A DNA stretch of 64,000 bases from Utricularia gibba (taxonomy: Eukaryota > Plantae > Magnoliophyta). A program made the translations under genes and the position numbers. The stretch covers positions 558,001 through 622,000 of the forward strand of contig NEEC01000014.1 in NCBI GenBank assembly GCA_002189035.1. The letters run 5' to 3'. This document shows positions 1 through 12,940 of this stretch, piece by piece. Under the pieces are notes generated by a model that saw nothing but the letters and a program-made list of their open reading frames with translations, did not search any database and was not told the origin of the DNA. Every line of letters begins with the position of its first letter. Within the stretch, counting starts at the first letter, position 1.

Positions 1-956
1 CCTTAAGTGTGTATACATAAAGAACATTGCTTGCAGACCGACCAACCCATCTTCTTGTATTACAGTACTGCACGGCTGTGGGGCGGGGCCTGAGTCTCTC
101 TCTGGTTTGCAGGCAGCCCAGCCAACAATGGCGTTATCGTGGTTTTTTCAACTTTCCACACCAGAAAAAAATATCGATTTTGCTTCCCCCGATGCAAACA
201 TGACTGCAACTCGCGGGTAGGAGTTGTAGGCCCCTTCTCCTTTTCCCACAAATAGCAAGTAGGTTTCTTCATCAATTGTCTCAGAGGACGCTCTTCTCCT
301 TCCCCATTGCGCCCCTCTATAGAAATTGGAGAAGCATGAAGCCCCAATTCAGGTTCTTGAGTCTGTAGTGGTGTGTGGCTCATGATTGACGCTAATCGTA
401 TTATTTTTAGTTGATTCTGTGTGGCCCAGGTTACATAGAGTAGGGATTTCTTGGTTTTCTTGCTTGATATTGTGGTTCTTGATGAAAGTTGAAATCTTTT
501 GCTCCATTTGCATGATTCTTGAGCAGAATCTAGTTCACTTTCTATAGAGATTTACTGGTGTTCGTTCTTAATATGGGTGGTTATTGATGACGGTTGAAAC
601 CCATAATGAAAACCAATTAGAAATATGCAGAGATTGGCTTGCTTGCTTTCTTCCTTATCTCTGGTTCTTGATGACAACACTTGAAGAAAAAGGCGTTAAC
701 GATTGATGCTTCATCTTGATCGGAACGTAGTTAGATTCCATAGATAATTGCTGCTTTTCTTGTCTCTCTGAAGATTCTGGAACTGATTCTATCAAGATTT
801 GTTAGTTTCCCTTCTCCAACTCATTGCCTGTGGGGCAAGAATCCTGTTCCTGATGAAACCCAACTTTCAGAAAGCAGAGCTCCGGCTAGATCCCCCCAAC
901 AGGCGCCTGCTCTCTCTTCTCTCCCAGACTCCCTTCACAGCTCCCCACATCCAACA

Positions 957-1232
957 ATGGGATTGGTGGAGAGACTGCAGACCCTCGGGAGGAAACAGTG
1001 CAAGAACATGTACTGGAAACTGAGAGCAACCGCAAGGAGAAGAGGGCCAACCAGGAAGAAGCAGCAGCTCAAATTCCAGTATGATCCTTACAGCTATTCA
1101 CTCAACTTTGATGATGGTTTCGCAGAGCAGCAACACCCATCTTCCTCCTGCTGCTGCTGCCTGCTTGTTCAAAGAAACCTTCAGGAGTCTCCAGGCAACA
1201 GGATCATGTGGGTGTATGTTGTCCTTCACTAG
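957..1232 (+). CDS. Small uncharacterised plant protein of the 'F.YDP.SY.LNFD.G' family (often annotated 'NHL domain-containing'), single exon, 91 aa
   Basis: ORF 957-1232 has a basic N-terminal segment (KLRATARRRGPTRKK) followed by KFQYDPYSYSLNFDDG, the hallmark motif of this plant family. Confidence 0.7.
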   Translation: MGLVERLQTLGRKQCKNMYWKLRATARRRGPTRKKQQLKFQYDPYSYSLNFDDGFAEQQHPSSSCCCCLLVQRNLQESPGNRIMWVYVVLH

Positions 1233-2342
1233 ACAAATGGGAAAAGTTTTCATCCCCCCACCCTTCCACTCTTGTCTTTTCTCCTTCGCCTTCACGCTCT
1301 TCCATTGTCGTAGAAGTCACTTCTTACATTATTAGGGCTTCAAAATACGGATGAATTAAAAATCTGATTTTGTGGCGTGTGATAAATTTGTTAATTTGTA
1401 AGATAGAATATACGAATGATCATTTTTTAAATGTATTTTAAAATATTGAAATATAAATTCAACTAAATTCATAAATATTTACTTTGACTATACACACGGT
1501 TTTAGAATTATTTGCAAAACGATTTTTTAAATAAAAAGAAATTTATGTTCATATAAAATTGGTGTTTTAAAATGAATCCAAATTAGATTTAATTCAATCA
1601 AAATTCATAATTAAATTAGAGAATTCTAATTTTTATTTTTTAAATATTGATTTTGATCTTATTATAAAATTATGAAAAACAAGTTTATGAGTTCAAACTT
1701 GTTTTTAAAATAATTAGTATTTTAGAAATGAATTCAATCCATCATCCGGTTTATTCTTGATTTTAAATTAATTTTTGTAATGATTTGAATCTGATTGAAT
1801 AATATATTATAAAAAATAAAAATAATTATCTAAATTTGGTATTTTTTAAATTTAACATTTTTATAAAAAATATTGAATCCGAACTAAAAAATCATAAATT
1901 TGGATTGAATGGGGTGGAACATTAGGTTTAGTAAATTATTTTAAAACATTGTACGGTAATAATAAACATATGATATTTCTAATAGGATATGATATAAATT
2001 TTTAAAAAAACATAGGAATAATTAATAAAATAATAATGCCACAAAGAGTGAGTAGCTTATAGCATATTAGGGCTTATTTTGCCTACTAAAAAATCATTTA
2101 TTTAGGCGCTACGATAATTTTCATAAATGTAGGATTTAAGACATCCTAGGCGTTAGTTAATATGTATTTTCATTTCTTTTATTAACTGAGGGGAAGGGGA
2201 GGGGAAAGAGATGAGGGAGTTGAAAGTGGATACGACTCCGCGTTTCTTCTTTCCGAATCTTCTCTCAAGTAGAAGTACCGGGCCGCCGGTGGGAGGATTT
2301 GGGGGTTTTCTGAATTGGTCAGAGTGATACGCGGGTATCGAG

Positions 2343-5300
2343 ATGATGATGATGGGATCGGAGGAGGGATCACAGCCACCGGACAGCGCGTTTTACGGCG
2401 ATTATTCGCAAGATATTTGGCTCTCTGTAGATGAAATTTGCGGAGAGAATGGTGAACCTGATTCTAAGGTAAGCATCATGTTTGCAAGATATTGATTCAT
2501 TGAAAGTCTTCGTGTAACGCCCAAATGTTTCAGAGACGTACTGATCGACTTTGTATCCTTTGATGTATACATGGGGATGCTTGTGTGGTTAACTGGAGTT
2601 GTATTCTAGAAAACAATTCTCACTTGAATGGCTATGGGTACTACGTATTCTCTTTGTTGCTGGCTAAGTTGACCTTCTGTCGTTTCGTTCCATTGTTTTC
2701 TTTCGGCCTAATGTGCAAGAAATTCTACTTCTTAAAAGGATGTACAAGTTGGGTAATGATCGGTATTCTGAAGTACAATAAAAGGAGGGTTTGATATGGT
2801 TCCTGAAACTCAGTGTTCTATTCTGTAAACTGTTGTAATTAAAGTTGGTAATGTTTTTTTTTTTTTTTTACTGGGAAACTACTTGATTTCTACATGGTTT
2901 TCTTTTTTTTTTCCTTTTCTGATGCGTAGGATGGACTTTCTCACGAAGAAATGACTCCCAACACGTACGAAGGTCTGTAAGCACTTTTTCAAATTACATC
3001 AGCTTAGTGGTCCTCGACTTATGTCTTTATTTTGTATTGGGGTTCTTAGATTATCATATTTTAAATCTTCAAGTAAGTACACTGAAAAAAAAAGGGAGGC
3101 ACTTTTTTAAGAGGCTCAAATACGTAGAATTTGCAACTGTTTAGAGTCGTCAAGTTTTGTAAACTGTTTCTTCTTATAATCCTAATGGCCAAACACGTCC
3201 TACAGTTGGGTTTTAACAATTCATATAATTTCATTTGCCTTCTTGGTTTGTTTGCAACAGGATTCTTAGACGGGGCATTCGAGTCTGAATTACCTATTGC
3301 TGCTGCATCTTGTGAAGTTGGGGAGGATGCTTTGGGAATTTTATCTGGGGATTATGATACTTATGCTTTCCCCATTAATGGATCAGAAGCATTTCCTTTC
3401 GTTGAGGATTCTGAAAGTGAATTTACTGAACCCATCTTTGGGGAGGGCAACTTGGGACTTTCAGAAAATTGTGGAGATCATGCAACGGGGAATGAGCAGA
3501 AGGATCTTCACTCCTACTTGCAGAATGGTTTCCACAATGTAAAAAATCACGGTAGGGTTACAAATGATATAAGCATAACATCTACGGATGTGAGTACTAC
3601 AATACCTGGTGCAGTCCATGACATAGATTACAGTCACCATGATGAAATGACTTCTACATCTAGAATAGAGTTGCCTTCTGTAAATGGCCACCAAAGTTTT
3701 GCATCTGGATCAACGTTTACTCCTGATGCACCGGACAGAAGAGATGATGATGGTATGGAACCTGAAGGGACTCCCCCTTATCTACCCAGTAGTGCCATAG
3801 TCCCACAGGGTTATTCTGCTTCTCTGTACCCTGGTTGGCAACGCAATTTACTGGGTTCAGAGTACAACTCTGTGTTTCCACTCCATTCAGTTAAAGCTGA
3901 AGTTGATTTCCAGATGGTAAAAGATGAGGTACCTCATCCAAATCCTGCTTCTCTATTTCATGATTATCATCACAAAATTCTGGGTTCAGAGCAAAAGTCC
4001 GTGTTGCCACTACTTTCAATGAAAGCTGAGGGTGGTTTCCCGTCGATGGGAAATGAGATGCTTCCCTCAGATGCTTCCTATTCTGTGGCTGCCATCTCCC
4101 AGAAGGATCAGGTCAAAACATCTTACACAACGGATGATGATTGTGATTTGCGTATCCTTGAAGATATGAGCACTCCAATATTTCCAAATTCTCTGGCAAT
4201 GGATGTGAAGCCGTCTCTCTCTCCAAAAATGTCAAGAGATCCTACTAATGCTAATTTTTCATATTTGAGACCTAAACCTAATGATGAACGGGTCATCTTT
4301 CGACAAGCAATGGAGGTAATTGCTTCTTATCCTTGATATGCTCTCAGCATTTGTTCAGATCATATTACCTTTTGCCTTTAATTTTAAAGTGTACATCTCC
4401 AGCTGCACTCTTTTATGCATTTTTTGTATGACGAATTTTGCTTCCATAGGATCTTGCGAAGCCCAGATCTGAAGCTTCTCCTCCTGATGGCCTTTTATCC
4501 GTGTCTTTACTGAAGCATCAGGTGCATACAGACATTTTTAAGTTTAGCATTTTTCCTATCATTGGAAAAGCTTAATGTAATTTAGGTCAAATTGAATCAG
4601 ATTATTCTGGATTTTTGTCAAATTCGATTTATGTGGAACGTTTTCAACATTTCTTCATAAGTTTCAGGTTATCCTGAATCTCGGTTCATCAGGAATATGC
4701 TCATTAAAATAATTGGATATCTTAGAGTGCCTGTTTGTTAAGGAACTGTGGAGTCTTCAGCATTTTCCATGAATTTCTACTCGCTCTATGTGGTTGGGGA
4801 TTTGCTTTAAATCTTTTACTCATCACGTATAATGAAATCATTGATTCCTTGGACAGAGAATCGCTTTATCATGGATGGTCAGCAAGGAGACAAAAGGTGC
4901 TCACTGTTCCGGTGGAATTCTTGCAGATGATCAGGTTGTTTGATGTCCATGTATGTTTTTTTTTTATATATTAGATATAAATAATTCTCTTAATCTTTGT
5001 TTCTGCAGGGCCTTGGTAAGACAATTTCAACAATTGCCCTTATACTAAAGGAGAGGCCTCCATCATCTAAGTTTCGTAAAAACGATGAACCACAAATCAA
5101 GACCGAGATGCTAAACTTAGAAGAGGATGATGCAGCACTTCAGGCTTCACATACAATTGGCGGACCTCAGCCTTGCAATTTTGATGTTCACCTGATGTCT
5201 GGCGATATTACTCCACAATCGAAGGGCAGACCTTCTGGTGGAACCCTTATTGTGTGCCCAACAAGTGTACTAAGGCAGTGGTCTGATGAGTTGCAAAATA

Positions 5301-8300
5301 AGGTGACAAATGAAGCTAATCTGTCTATACTAGTATATTATGGAAGCAACCGTGCCAAGGATCCTTGTGAGCTTGCCATGTATGATGTGGTTATCACGAC
5401 ATATTCCATTGTCAGCATGGAAGTTCCAAAACAGCCGGTGGTGGGTGAAAAAAATGATTCTCAGGAAGGTCGTTCGTGTAATGAAGTATTTTCAGTTAGA
5501 AAAAGGAAGTCATCTAAAACTTGCAAACAGAGCAAAAAGGGAAAAAAGGATGAGTTAAATGAGAATGTATCTGGGCCGCTAGCCAAAGTGGGATGGTTCA
5601 GGGTTGTGCTGGATGAGGCACAGAGTATAAAGAACTTCCGTACTAAAACAGCCCGGGCTTGCTGGGGTCTTCGTGCCAAACGGAGGTGGTGCTTGTCTGG
5701 TACTCCCATTCAGAATTCAATCGATGATCTCTATAGCTACTTCAGATTTCTCAGACATGAGAAGTATTCTGAATTTAGGACCTTTTCTGAACAACTAAGG
5801 GTACCAATTCAAAGGAATCCTCAAAATGGTTACGAGAATTTGCAAGCAGTCTTGAGGACAATTATGCTGCGCCGAACTAAAGGTAGAAATTGTATAATTT
5901 TGTAATTTCCTCACAGCTTTTCTTTGATTTCCAAAGTGTTTAGTTAATTCTTATTTTGTTATGTATTACTTGCCCTATCTGGATCTTGGGATCATGATGT
6001 TATGGTACTCTGTAGGAATTGGGATTTACTGTAATTGTATTTTGTATGCACATTGCTTTTAGGGATGAAATATTCATCATTTTCAAGTGTGCCTCTTCAG
6101 ATTATTTGTTAGAAAAAAATTTTCAGTATAGGATGTTTAATACCTCATCCCTGTCAGTGTATCACCATATCGTTCATTTAAACCTTGTATTTGGTGACAT
6201 CCTAATGACTTGAATTCATCTTGATGTAATTAGCTATGCCTGACATTCTAGTTTTGGGTAGGTCTGTTACGGCCTTTTGTGGCGAGTTAACTCTTCTTAG
6301 AGTCCCGATTCCAGTGAAAGCGCTGAACTTTAAGATTTTGACTTGTTTACCTTCTGAACTATTAATGAGCATCCCGCAAGTTCTTACTGCTGTCTCTGAC
6401 TCTAGATAGTCGTATTGATGGTGAACCAATAATCAACCTTCCACCAAAAATTGTAGAATTGAAAAGAATTGATTTTTCACAAGAGGAGCGCAGTTTTTAT
6501 GACCGTCTTGAGGTGGAATCCCAGGCTGAATTCGCTGTAAGTTTGTAGTACTGATGGACGTTGCCAATCATATGTATTTTACTTGGAGTCTAATCTCACT
6601 GTTGCATTTTGACAGAAATTTGCAGAATCTGGAACTGTGAAGGAGAATTATGTCAACATATTACTAATGCTTTTGCGTCTTAGACAAGCTTGTGATCATC
6701 CTCTTCTTGTTGGGGATTCCAATCTATTTTGAACTTGTCTTCCTCTATTGATATGGCGAAATCTCTCTCTCAAGAGAGGCAGAATTTCCTTTGGAATTGT
6801 CTGGAAGATTCTTTGGCTCTGTGTGGAATTTGTGGGGTAATCATTTGCGTTAGGCCTTCCTCTGTTTTATCTTGTTGGCAGCTTTTTTTCACATTATGCT
6901 TTATAAGTATTATTTATTTTCTTGGGAGTGACCATCAAGGTTATAAAATGATTCTAAGCCATGATGCGATGTTTCAAACATAACACAATGAATGCATGTT
7001 TCTAGGTTTTTATGTAAAGCATATTGATTGTGTGAGGAATTGCTCATAGTTGGTGAATTATCCCTTATTCTGTGGTTTTATATCTTATGTGCCTCACATG
7101 GTAAATTTTATGTTTGAAAGATGCTTCTCTTGATTATAGAATTCATGTATTTTACATCGCGTACTGTTGAAAATGTGTTTGCCCCCGGAAACTATAGTGG
7201 TGTGATCTTGGTATATATTTTCTTATTCCTTGTCCTTTTATGGTCAATACGATGCAGGATCCACCAGAAGATGCTGTTGTAACTACCTGTGGACATGTCT
7301 TTTGCAATCAGTGTATATCTGAGCACATACTTGGAACTGAGGCTATGTGCCCCTCCAAGAAATGTAAAACTCATCTCAATAAGCTATGCGTGTTTTCCAA
7401 GATGGCATTGCGTGGTGCTCTGGCTCATCAGCCCAATTCTGAAAATGATGCTGACTGCTCTGGCTCTGATATATCTCAAGTCTCTAATTCTCATCCTTTT
7501 AGTTGTCCGGAAGACTCGTCAAAAATCCAAACTGCACTTCGCCTCTTGTTGTCAATGTCACAGAAGTACCGCACAACTACTGCTATTCCAGAAGAAGAAA
7601 ATGCTGCATATGATCCAGGCCTATGTGATGGTGTTTCAGTCTCTGATTCTGGTTTAAATTACTATGATTCAGTCCAGGGAGGGAAAGCAATTGTCTTCTC
7701 ACAGTGGACAAGGATGTTGGACTTGCTTGAAGATTGCTTGAAAAGGTCCTCCATTCAGTACCGCCGGCTTGATGGTACCATGCCCGTCACTGCACGAGAC
7801 AAAGCAGTAAAAGATTTCAATAACCTTCCTGAGGTTAGCCTGGAAATTCCTCCCAACCCACCAAAACGAAGCTCTCTCACCTTCACAATTTGACCAGCTT
7901 TCCCTTTGGGTTAACCATTGTAGGTCACTGTTATGATCATGTCTCTGAAGGCTGCAAGTCTTGGACTGAACATGGTTGCTGCTTGCAACGTCCTCCTCTT
8001 AGACCTCTGGTGGAATCCAACCACGGAAGACCAAGCCATCGACAGAGCACACCGCATCGGACAGACGCGACCTGTTTCAGTTTTCCGTTTAACCGTGAAG
8101 AACACTGTGGAAGACCGCATTTTGGCCTTACAGGTAGGCTCCCTGTCTGCTTTCCAATCAAAAACCCCGACTCCAATCTCATTGCCTGGTTGTTTCTCCC
8201 TCCCTCCTTCCCAGGAAAGGAAACGAAAAATGGTGGAATCAGCCTTTGGAGAACACGAAAGAGGCAGCCGGCAGACTCGGCTCACTATGGAAGACCTGAG

Positions 8301-8319
8301 GTACCTCTTCGGGTCTTGA
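2343..8319 (+). CDS. SNF2-RING-helicase-like chromatin remodeller (Rad5/16-like, FRG family; EDA16/FRG4-5-like); multi-exon; apparent frameshift at 6712-6715
   Basis: Spliced exons give GGILADDQ|GLGKT (motif I), TLIVCPTS (Ia), VVLDEAQ (II), WCLSGTP (III), [10 protein letters not shown], a C3HC4 RING ([24 protein letters not shown]...CPSKKC), [23 protein letters not shown] and [14 protein letters not shown] at 2343 (MMMMGSEE); stop at 8317-8319. Confidence 0.92.
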
Positions 8320-8448
8320 AGATTCTTTACAGTCTAACAACCGCAGCTGGTTTTTTCTTAGTCGAAGCTCCGACTTTAGGATTCTTTCAGAGAGAAGTAC
8401 CATCTCTAGTAAAGGTAAAGAAAGCAAGCTGATATGCCCGCACACCAT

Positions 8449-8470
8449 ACACACACACACACACACACAC
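8449..8470. repeat. (AC)11 microsatellite
   Basis: Read directly from the sequence. Confidence 0.95.
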
Positions 8471-9241
8471 TGTCTGTCTCTCTCCCTTTCTTCTTACAGA
8501 TGTCAATCAGTGTCCGTCACTTAGCACAGGTTTGATTTGCCAACCATTCTTGTCTGTATAGGAACAGCATGGTAAGCTTTTCTTTTTTGCTACACTGATG
8601 ATGAAGGCATGATTATTTTCTTAATGAAACACTGTTTCTTAATGGTAAGCTAATGTCTTAAGATTGAACTGAGTTTTCAGAAATTGATCAAAATTACTTT
8701 TTTAATGTTCACATAATTTATGTGTTAATAAGTAATTCTAATGTATTTAAATATTTATCTAGAAATTCATCAATGTGATCAAAATTATTTTATATGAAGA
8801 TGTTGATGAATTTCCAAGTAAAAATGATGTGGGATATTATCTGAAAGCAACGGGCGGTTATCTTGGGGCGATTGAGTGGTGGCGCGTCCATTCGGCGGCG
8901 AGTCTCCACCGCCCGCGGCGGCTGCTGCTTACGACGGTGCGTTTTGATCCGTTCGGTTTCGGTCGGAATCATGAAGAGTTTGGAATGGATCGTCAGAGAC
9001 GGTTCCGATCTTGCGCGGAAAGGCGAAATCGCCTTTGAATGTTGATTGGGAGTCAGATGGGTTATGGTGGAAGAAAGAAATTGGTATCTCTTCGATAGTG
9101 CCGATTCCGAGGGTCGGATTTTTCTCATTTGCGGTTTCTGATCTTGGAGTGCTCTCGGGCATCACTGTATTTTATCGGAGGGTAAACGGGCCGCACCGTT
9201 TTAAGGGCCTTTCATGGAATTTCCAGAACCTTCACTGCTGC

Positions 9242-9344
9242 TGACTCATTGCCACGCGTCTTCGTCATTCATCGTTTTCAAAAAGCTTACAAACCAGCAG
9301 CTTTCTCCACCGACTATAGAATCCAATGCCCACTGAACACGTGT
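9242..9344 (+). promoter_or_regulatory. Stress-responsive cis-element cluster upstream of the F-box gene
   Basis: TGACTCA 9242-9248, CGCG/CAMTA box ACGCGT 9254-9259, DRE core ACCGAC 9309-9314 and ABRE/G-box ACACGTGT 9337-9344, 360-460 bp upstream of the ATG. Confidence 0.5.
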
Positions 9345-9704
9345 CCGTCTCCTCAAACGGCTACTTAGCCCAAGCTGTGATTTACCATCCTCGCATTTAA
9401 AAAGCTTGGATTTTTATTTGTGAATCAGATACACTTGTCGGGAAGTATTGTGGGAATATATTCGCCTTTCCCTGTGTGTGCAAAACCCTTCAGTTTTCGT
9501 CAATTTGTTCCTTGATTGTTTCATTAGGTTTCCGCAGCATTTTTTTCCTCTCCTTATTTGTTCCCGTGATTTTCTCCACTTGGGTGTAAAATTTTGTAGG
9601 GCGTGGTTATATTTAGGCGTTTCATTGTTTTGGATCTCATCTGTAGATTTCTTGACCTGGGTTGTGAAAAGTTTTTGGTGGGCGTTCTTTTTTGGTTTTA
9701 AGAT

Positions 9705-10391
9705 ATGGAGATCGAGGGAGGCGGCGGACTTGGGTTGTTGAGGAGTACTTCATTTGGAAGAAAAAGGGTAGCTTTATTCAGGGTTCCTATACATTTTGGA
9801 GACAATGAGGATTCTACTTTGAGCAAAACCTTGAAGAGGCATTGCTCTTTGAATTCCTTGCAACGTTCTGAGAAATCAATTTCTCCACTTGAGGATTTGC
9901 CTCAGGATATTCTGGTAAGTGGTATTTCCCTTCGGCAACTTCCCGGTATCTGCGCTTCGATTTCGAACTGTCTCATTGAATGAAATCGTATTTGCAGATT
10001 AGAATACTGTGTGGGGTGGAGCATGATGATTTGAGGCAGTTGTTGTTGGTCTCCAAAGCTATGAAAGAAGCTGTAAGCTGCGCCTGGCGATTACATACAT
10101 CTGTTGCGTTTCATTTCTAACTTCTTACACTTGAAGTTGTTGTCGCTACAGGCACTGATTGCAAGGCAGTTGCATTTCGCCTTCTGCACACCTAGGAAGG
10201 CATTGAAGTTTCCTAATGCTGAGGACATTAGGAATTCCGATGACACTGAACCTCCCAACGCTCCCAAGCGCTCGCGTGTCAGATTCAACCTGTCAGAGCT
10301 TTCTAGCATTGCGGTGGATCTCTTCGGGTTGGATGATGACGACTGTGACATTGGAGATCTGCCTTCTGCACTGGAAATGGAGGAAGATTGA
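9705..10391 (+). CDS. FBS: F-box protein, FBS (F-box stress-induced)/SKIP27 family, 3 exons
   Basis: GLGLLRSTSFGRKRV N-terminal motif; F-box LEDLPQDIL|IRILCGVEHDDLRQLLLVSK; C-terminal HFAFCTPRK...PPNAPKR. All splice phases are consistent. Confidence 0.88.
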
Positions 10392-11082
10392 TGGACACCT
10401 AGGCGCGCACTTGGTGGTTATGTACATGCTGTAGATGTGCAAAAGGCCTACTGTTTATTATTCTTCAATACTCTGCTGAAGATCAGGTTTTTGGCTCTTG
10501 TAGTGGACTTCTGTACATTTAGCGATACAGTGACAGTAGATCTGCTGTGAGTCGTAGTGTATACTTGTGTCTATTTTACATAAGATGATTATAGATGATT
10601 TGGATGATTAGTGTTTATCATTAGAAGGTTACAAGTTCTCCTTGTTAGACCCTGGGATTTTGAGCTAGAGGTTGCCATAAGCTTGCAGCTGTGCCTTTCC
10701 TTCTTCCCCGGGATCACATATCCCTTTGCATCTTGGATGTTTCTGCCATTAGATTTCATTCATGTATGTTGTTCAGCATCAAAAGACGAGGTGAACTTCT
10801 CTTATCAGTCATGGATTCCTTAGATTCTCTAATTTGATTCCAGATAACAAATCTGCAATGCATAACTAAGCAATAGGTGGCGGTTGTGTATGAATGGACT
10901 CAGATTGAACACCATGGTTCTTTTACAGAGATCCACAAGTATAGAAGATGAATCTGAATAAAATGCAGGTCTGATTGATTGGGGTTTCTTCACGCACAGC
11001 TCTGAGACGCCAACCACTAAAAGCACAACCAAATACAAGACAGATCTTCAGCCACAAGCAATAGCTTTTCCACAGAGATCAT

Positions 11083-12618
11083 TCACCCGCCTTCCTCTTG
11101 TTGACGAGCAAGGTATCGTTCTCTTCTTTCTTTCTGTGGAGGCAAATGGAATGGCTCTGTAAGAGATGAGGGATAGAAAAAGTTTTGATTTTGGTTGCCT
11201 TGGCTGGGATTACTTACCCATTCATCTATAACAAGCCCTTCTCCCACGAACTTTGTGCTGGTGTCCTTGGACGGCTTCTTGCGGGCCTCGAATTCAGCCT
11301 CAGCTTCAGCCAACTGACTGTTTAGTTTCTCCAAGGCCTTTACAAGCGAGCAGGATACACACAGTCAGAAATAACATCAAAAACCCACCTAAGATTTGCA
11401 CATAGGACCCAAATCAAATGACACTCACAGGGCTGGGGCGTTCTACATCAAGAAAGACAACCTTTAGTATTCGCTCCACGGCCACTTCATCCTTACGTTC
11501 ATCAAACTGTTCATAGACATAGTGAAGGAAGAAATGAAACTGATGTTCTGGTCATTCAGTCCAAGACTCCAAATTTACCAAGCAAATGGACTTTGTCAAA
11601 GGTAATGGAAGGATAGTGTAATGCATTTGAACAAAAAGGAGACGAACCAATTCGGGTTGGTACTCCACTGGTTCCTTGATCTTTAAACTCATGATCTTAA
11701 ACTTCACCTTGTTTTTCTGATGCATTGGCTTTTCATTATCCTCGGGAGGCTCTACAAACTTGAACACTAGAACAAACATCATGGCAGAAGAACACAAACA
11801 AATCAGGTAAACGCTCATAAGCATGCCATTTTTTCCTCCTAGTGTATATTCTGATTCATATGTAGCAAACAGAAAAAAAAAAAAAAATGGACATCCCACA
11901 TCAGAGTATTACCGGTTGCTATGATACTCTCGCCAGGAGCAAGGATGGCTCCGGGAGGGCGCATGAAGCAGCTTTTAGGCGCCGTTGTTTGGAACTACGG
12001 GAACAAAAACCATATCATACAAAGGAAAACAGATTCAAATACAAAAACCATCCAGCAAGTTATCATAAGTTAGATTGTGATAGAGGAACATTAAAGAGCT
12101 CCATTCCCTGTGTAATAGAGGAAATACTGAGAAGCCCATGTGGACTACCTTGAAAGCTACATGTGACTTGCTTGAATTTCTAATTTTGATAGCACTTCTG
12201 ACTTGTTTTCCAGGTTCATCTGCAAAAAATGAATTATATCACCTCACGAACACCATCACCCTTCTTTTAACGACACGCGACAGCCCTCAATGACAAGATC
12301 CATCAAAAAAATCCAACCAGATTTCTAACTAAATCAAGAAAAGGGAACTCGCAAGCATAAAGCAAAGCACAGTAAATGTTATGGGCGTGGGCGGTGATCC
12401 ATACAGGGAAAGTAGAGCTTGTTAGAGGGATCGAGCTTCAAACGACGCCGCGTGGGTAGCAAAGATCTAGCAACCGAAGAAACCGAGGTGCCACTAGTAC
12501 CGGATCCTTCCGCAGGAGAATGGGCGTAACTCTGCGGTAAATTGGAGTGGGAATTACGGAAAGGGAACTTGAAAAAACCCCAAGCTTTGGGTTCTGTCTT
12601 ATCCTCGGCGATGGCCAT
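11083..12618 (-). CDS. VAMP-associated protein of the VAP4/PVA4 type (MSP domain, no transmembrane anchor), 7 exons
   Basis: LLPTRRRLKLDPSNKLYFP|YEPGKQVRSAI..HVAFK|FQTTAPKSCFMRPPG; C-terminal GEGLVIDEW|KERRERYLARQQ. Confidence 0.92.
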
Positions 12619-12940
12619 GCCGTGGGTGGATCAAAACTTCCCTTTTTCCGGTAGTTTTTCGAGGAAGAGAGCGACTTTTGAACAGGCTCTTCGGGGTGCC
12701 TTGGTGGGCTCTTTGCAGCTTTTGGGAACTCCCCTTCAACGGCCGATTCTCATCTCAATACAATAAAACGCGCTTTTCCCCCTCATGTCGTCTTCCCCAG
12801 TAACCACGCTTTTAAACATGAACTCAAAATTCATATAACTAAACCGAAAATGATGCTTCTTCTTTCTTGTTTCGTAGTACAAACTACAAACAGTTGCTAT
12901 ATGTTGTTGTGTGAAGTGATTGATGATTTCTGGTCTCCCT

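Noticed and set aside
60-383. 107-aa minus-strand ORF at the window start
   Set aside because: No recognisable motif in any frame on either strand, and context is cut by the window edge.
1340-2180. AT-rich spacers with recurring GAATCC/GGATTC words (also 15.3-15.8 kb and 41.3-41.7 kb) as possible MITE or Helitron remnants
   Set aside because: No terminal inverted repeats, target-site duplications or Helitron termini could be established by eye.
2553-2562. GTATCCTTT, the U12-type intron donor consensus
   Set aside because: It lies in the middle of SNF2 intron 1, not at an exon boundary; all reconstructed introns are ordinary GT-AG.
11892-11902. ATCCCACATCA resembling the plant snRNA upstream sequence element (RTCCCACATCG)
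   Set aside because: Imperfect match inside a VAP intron, with no correctly spaced TATA or snRNA body.
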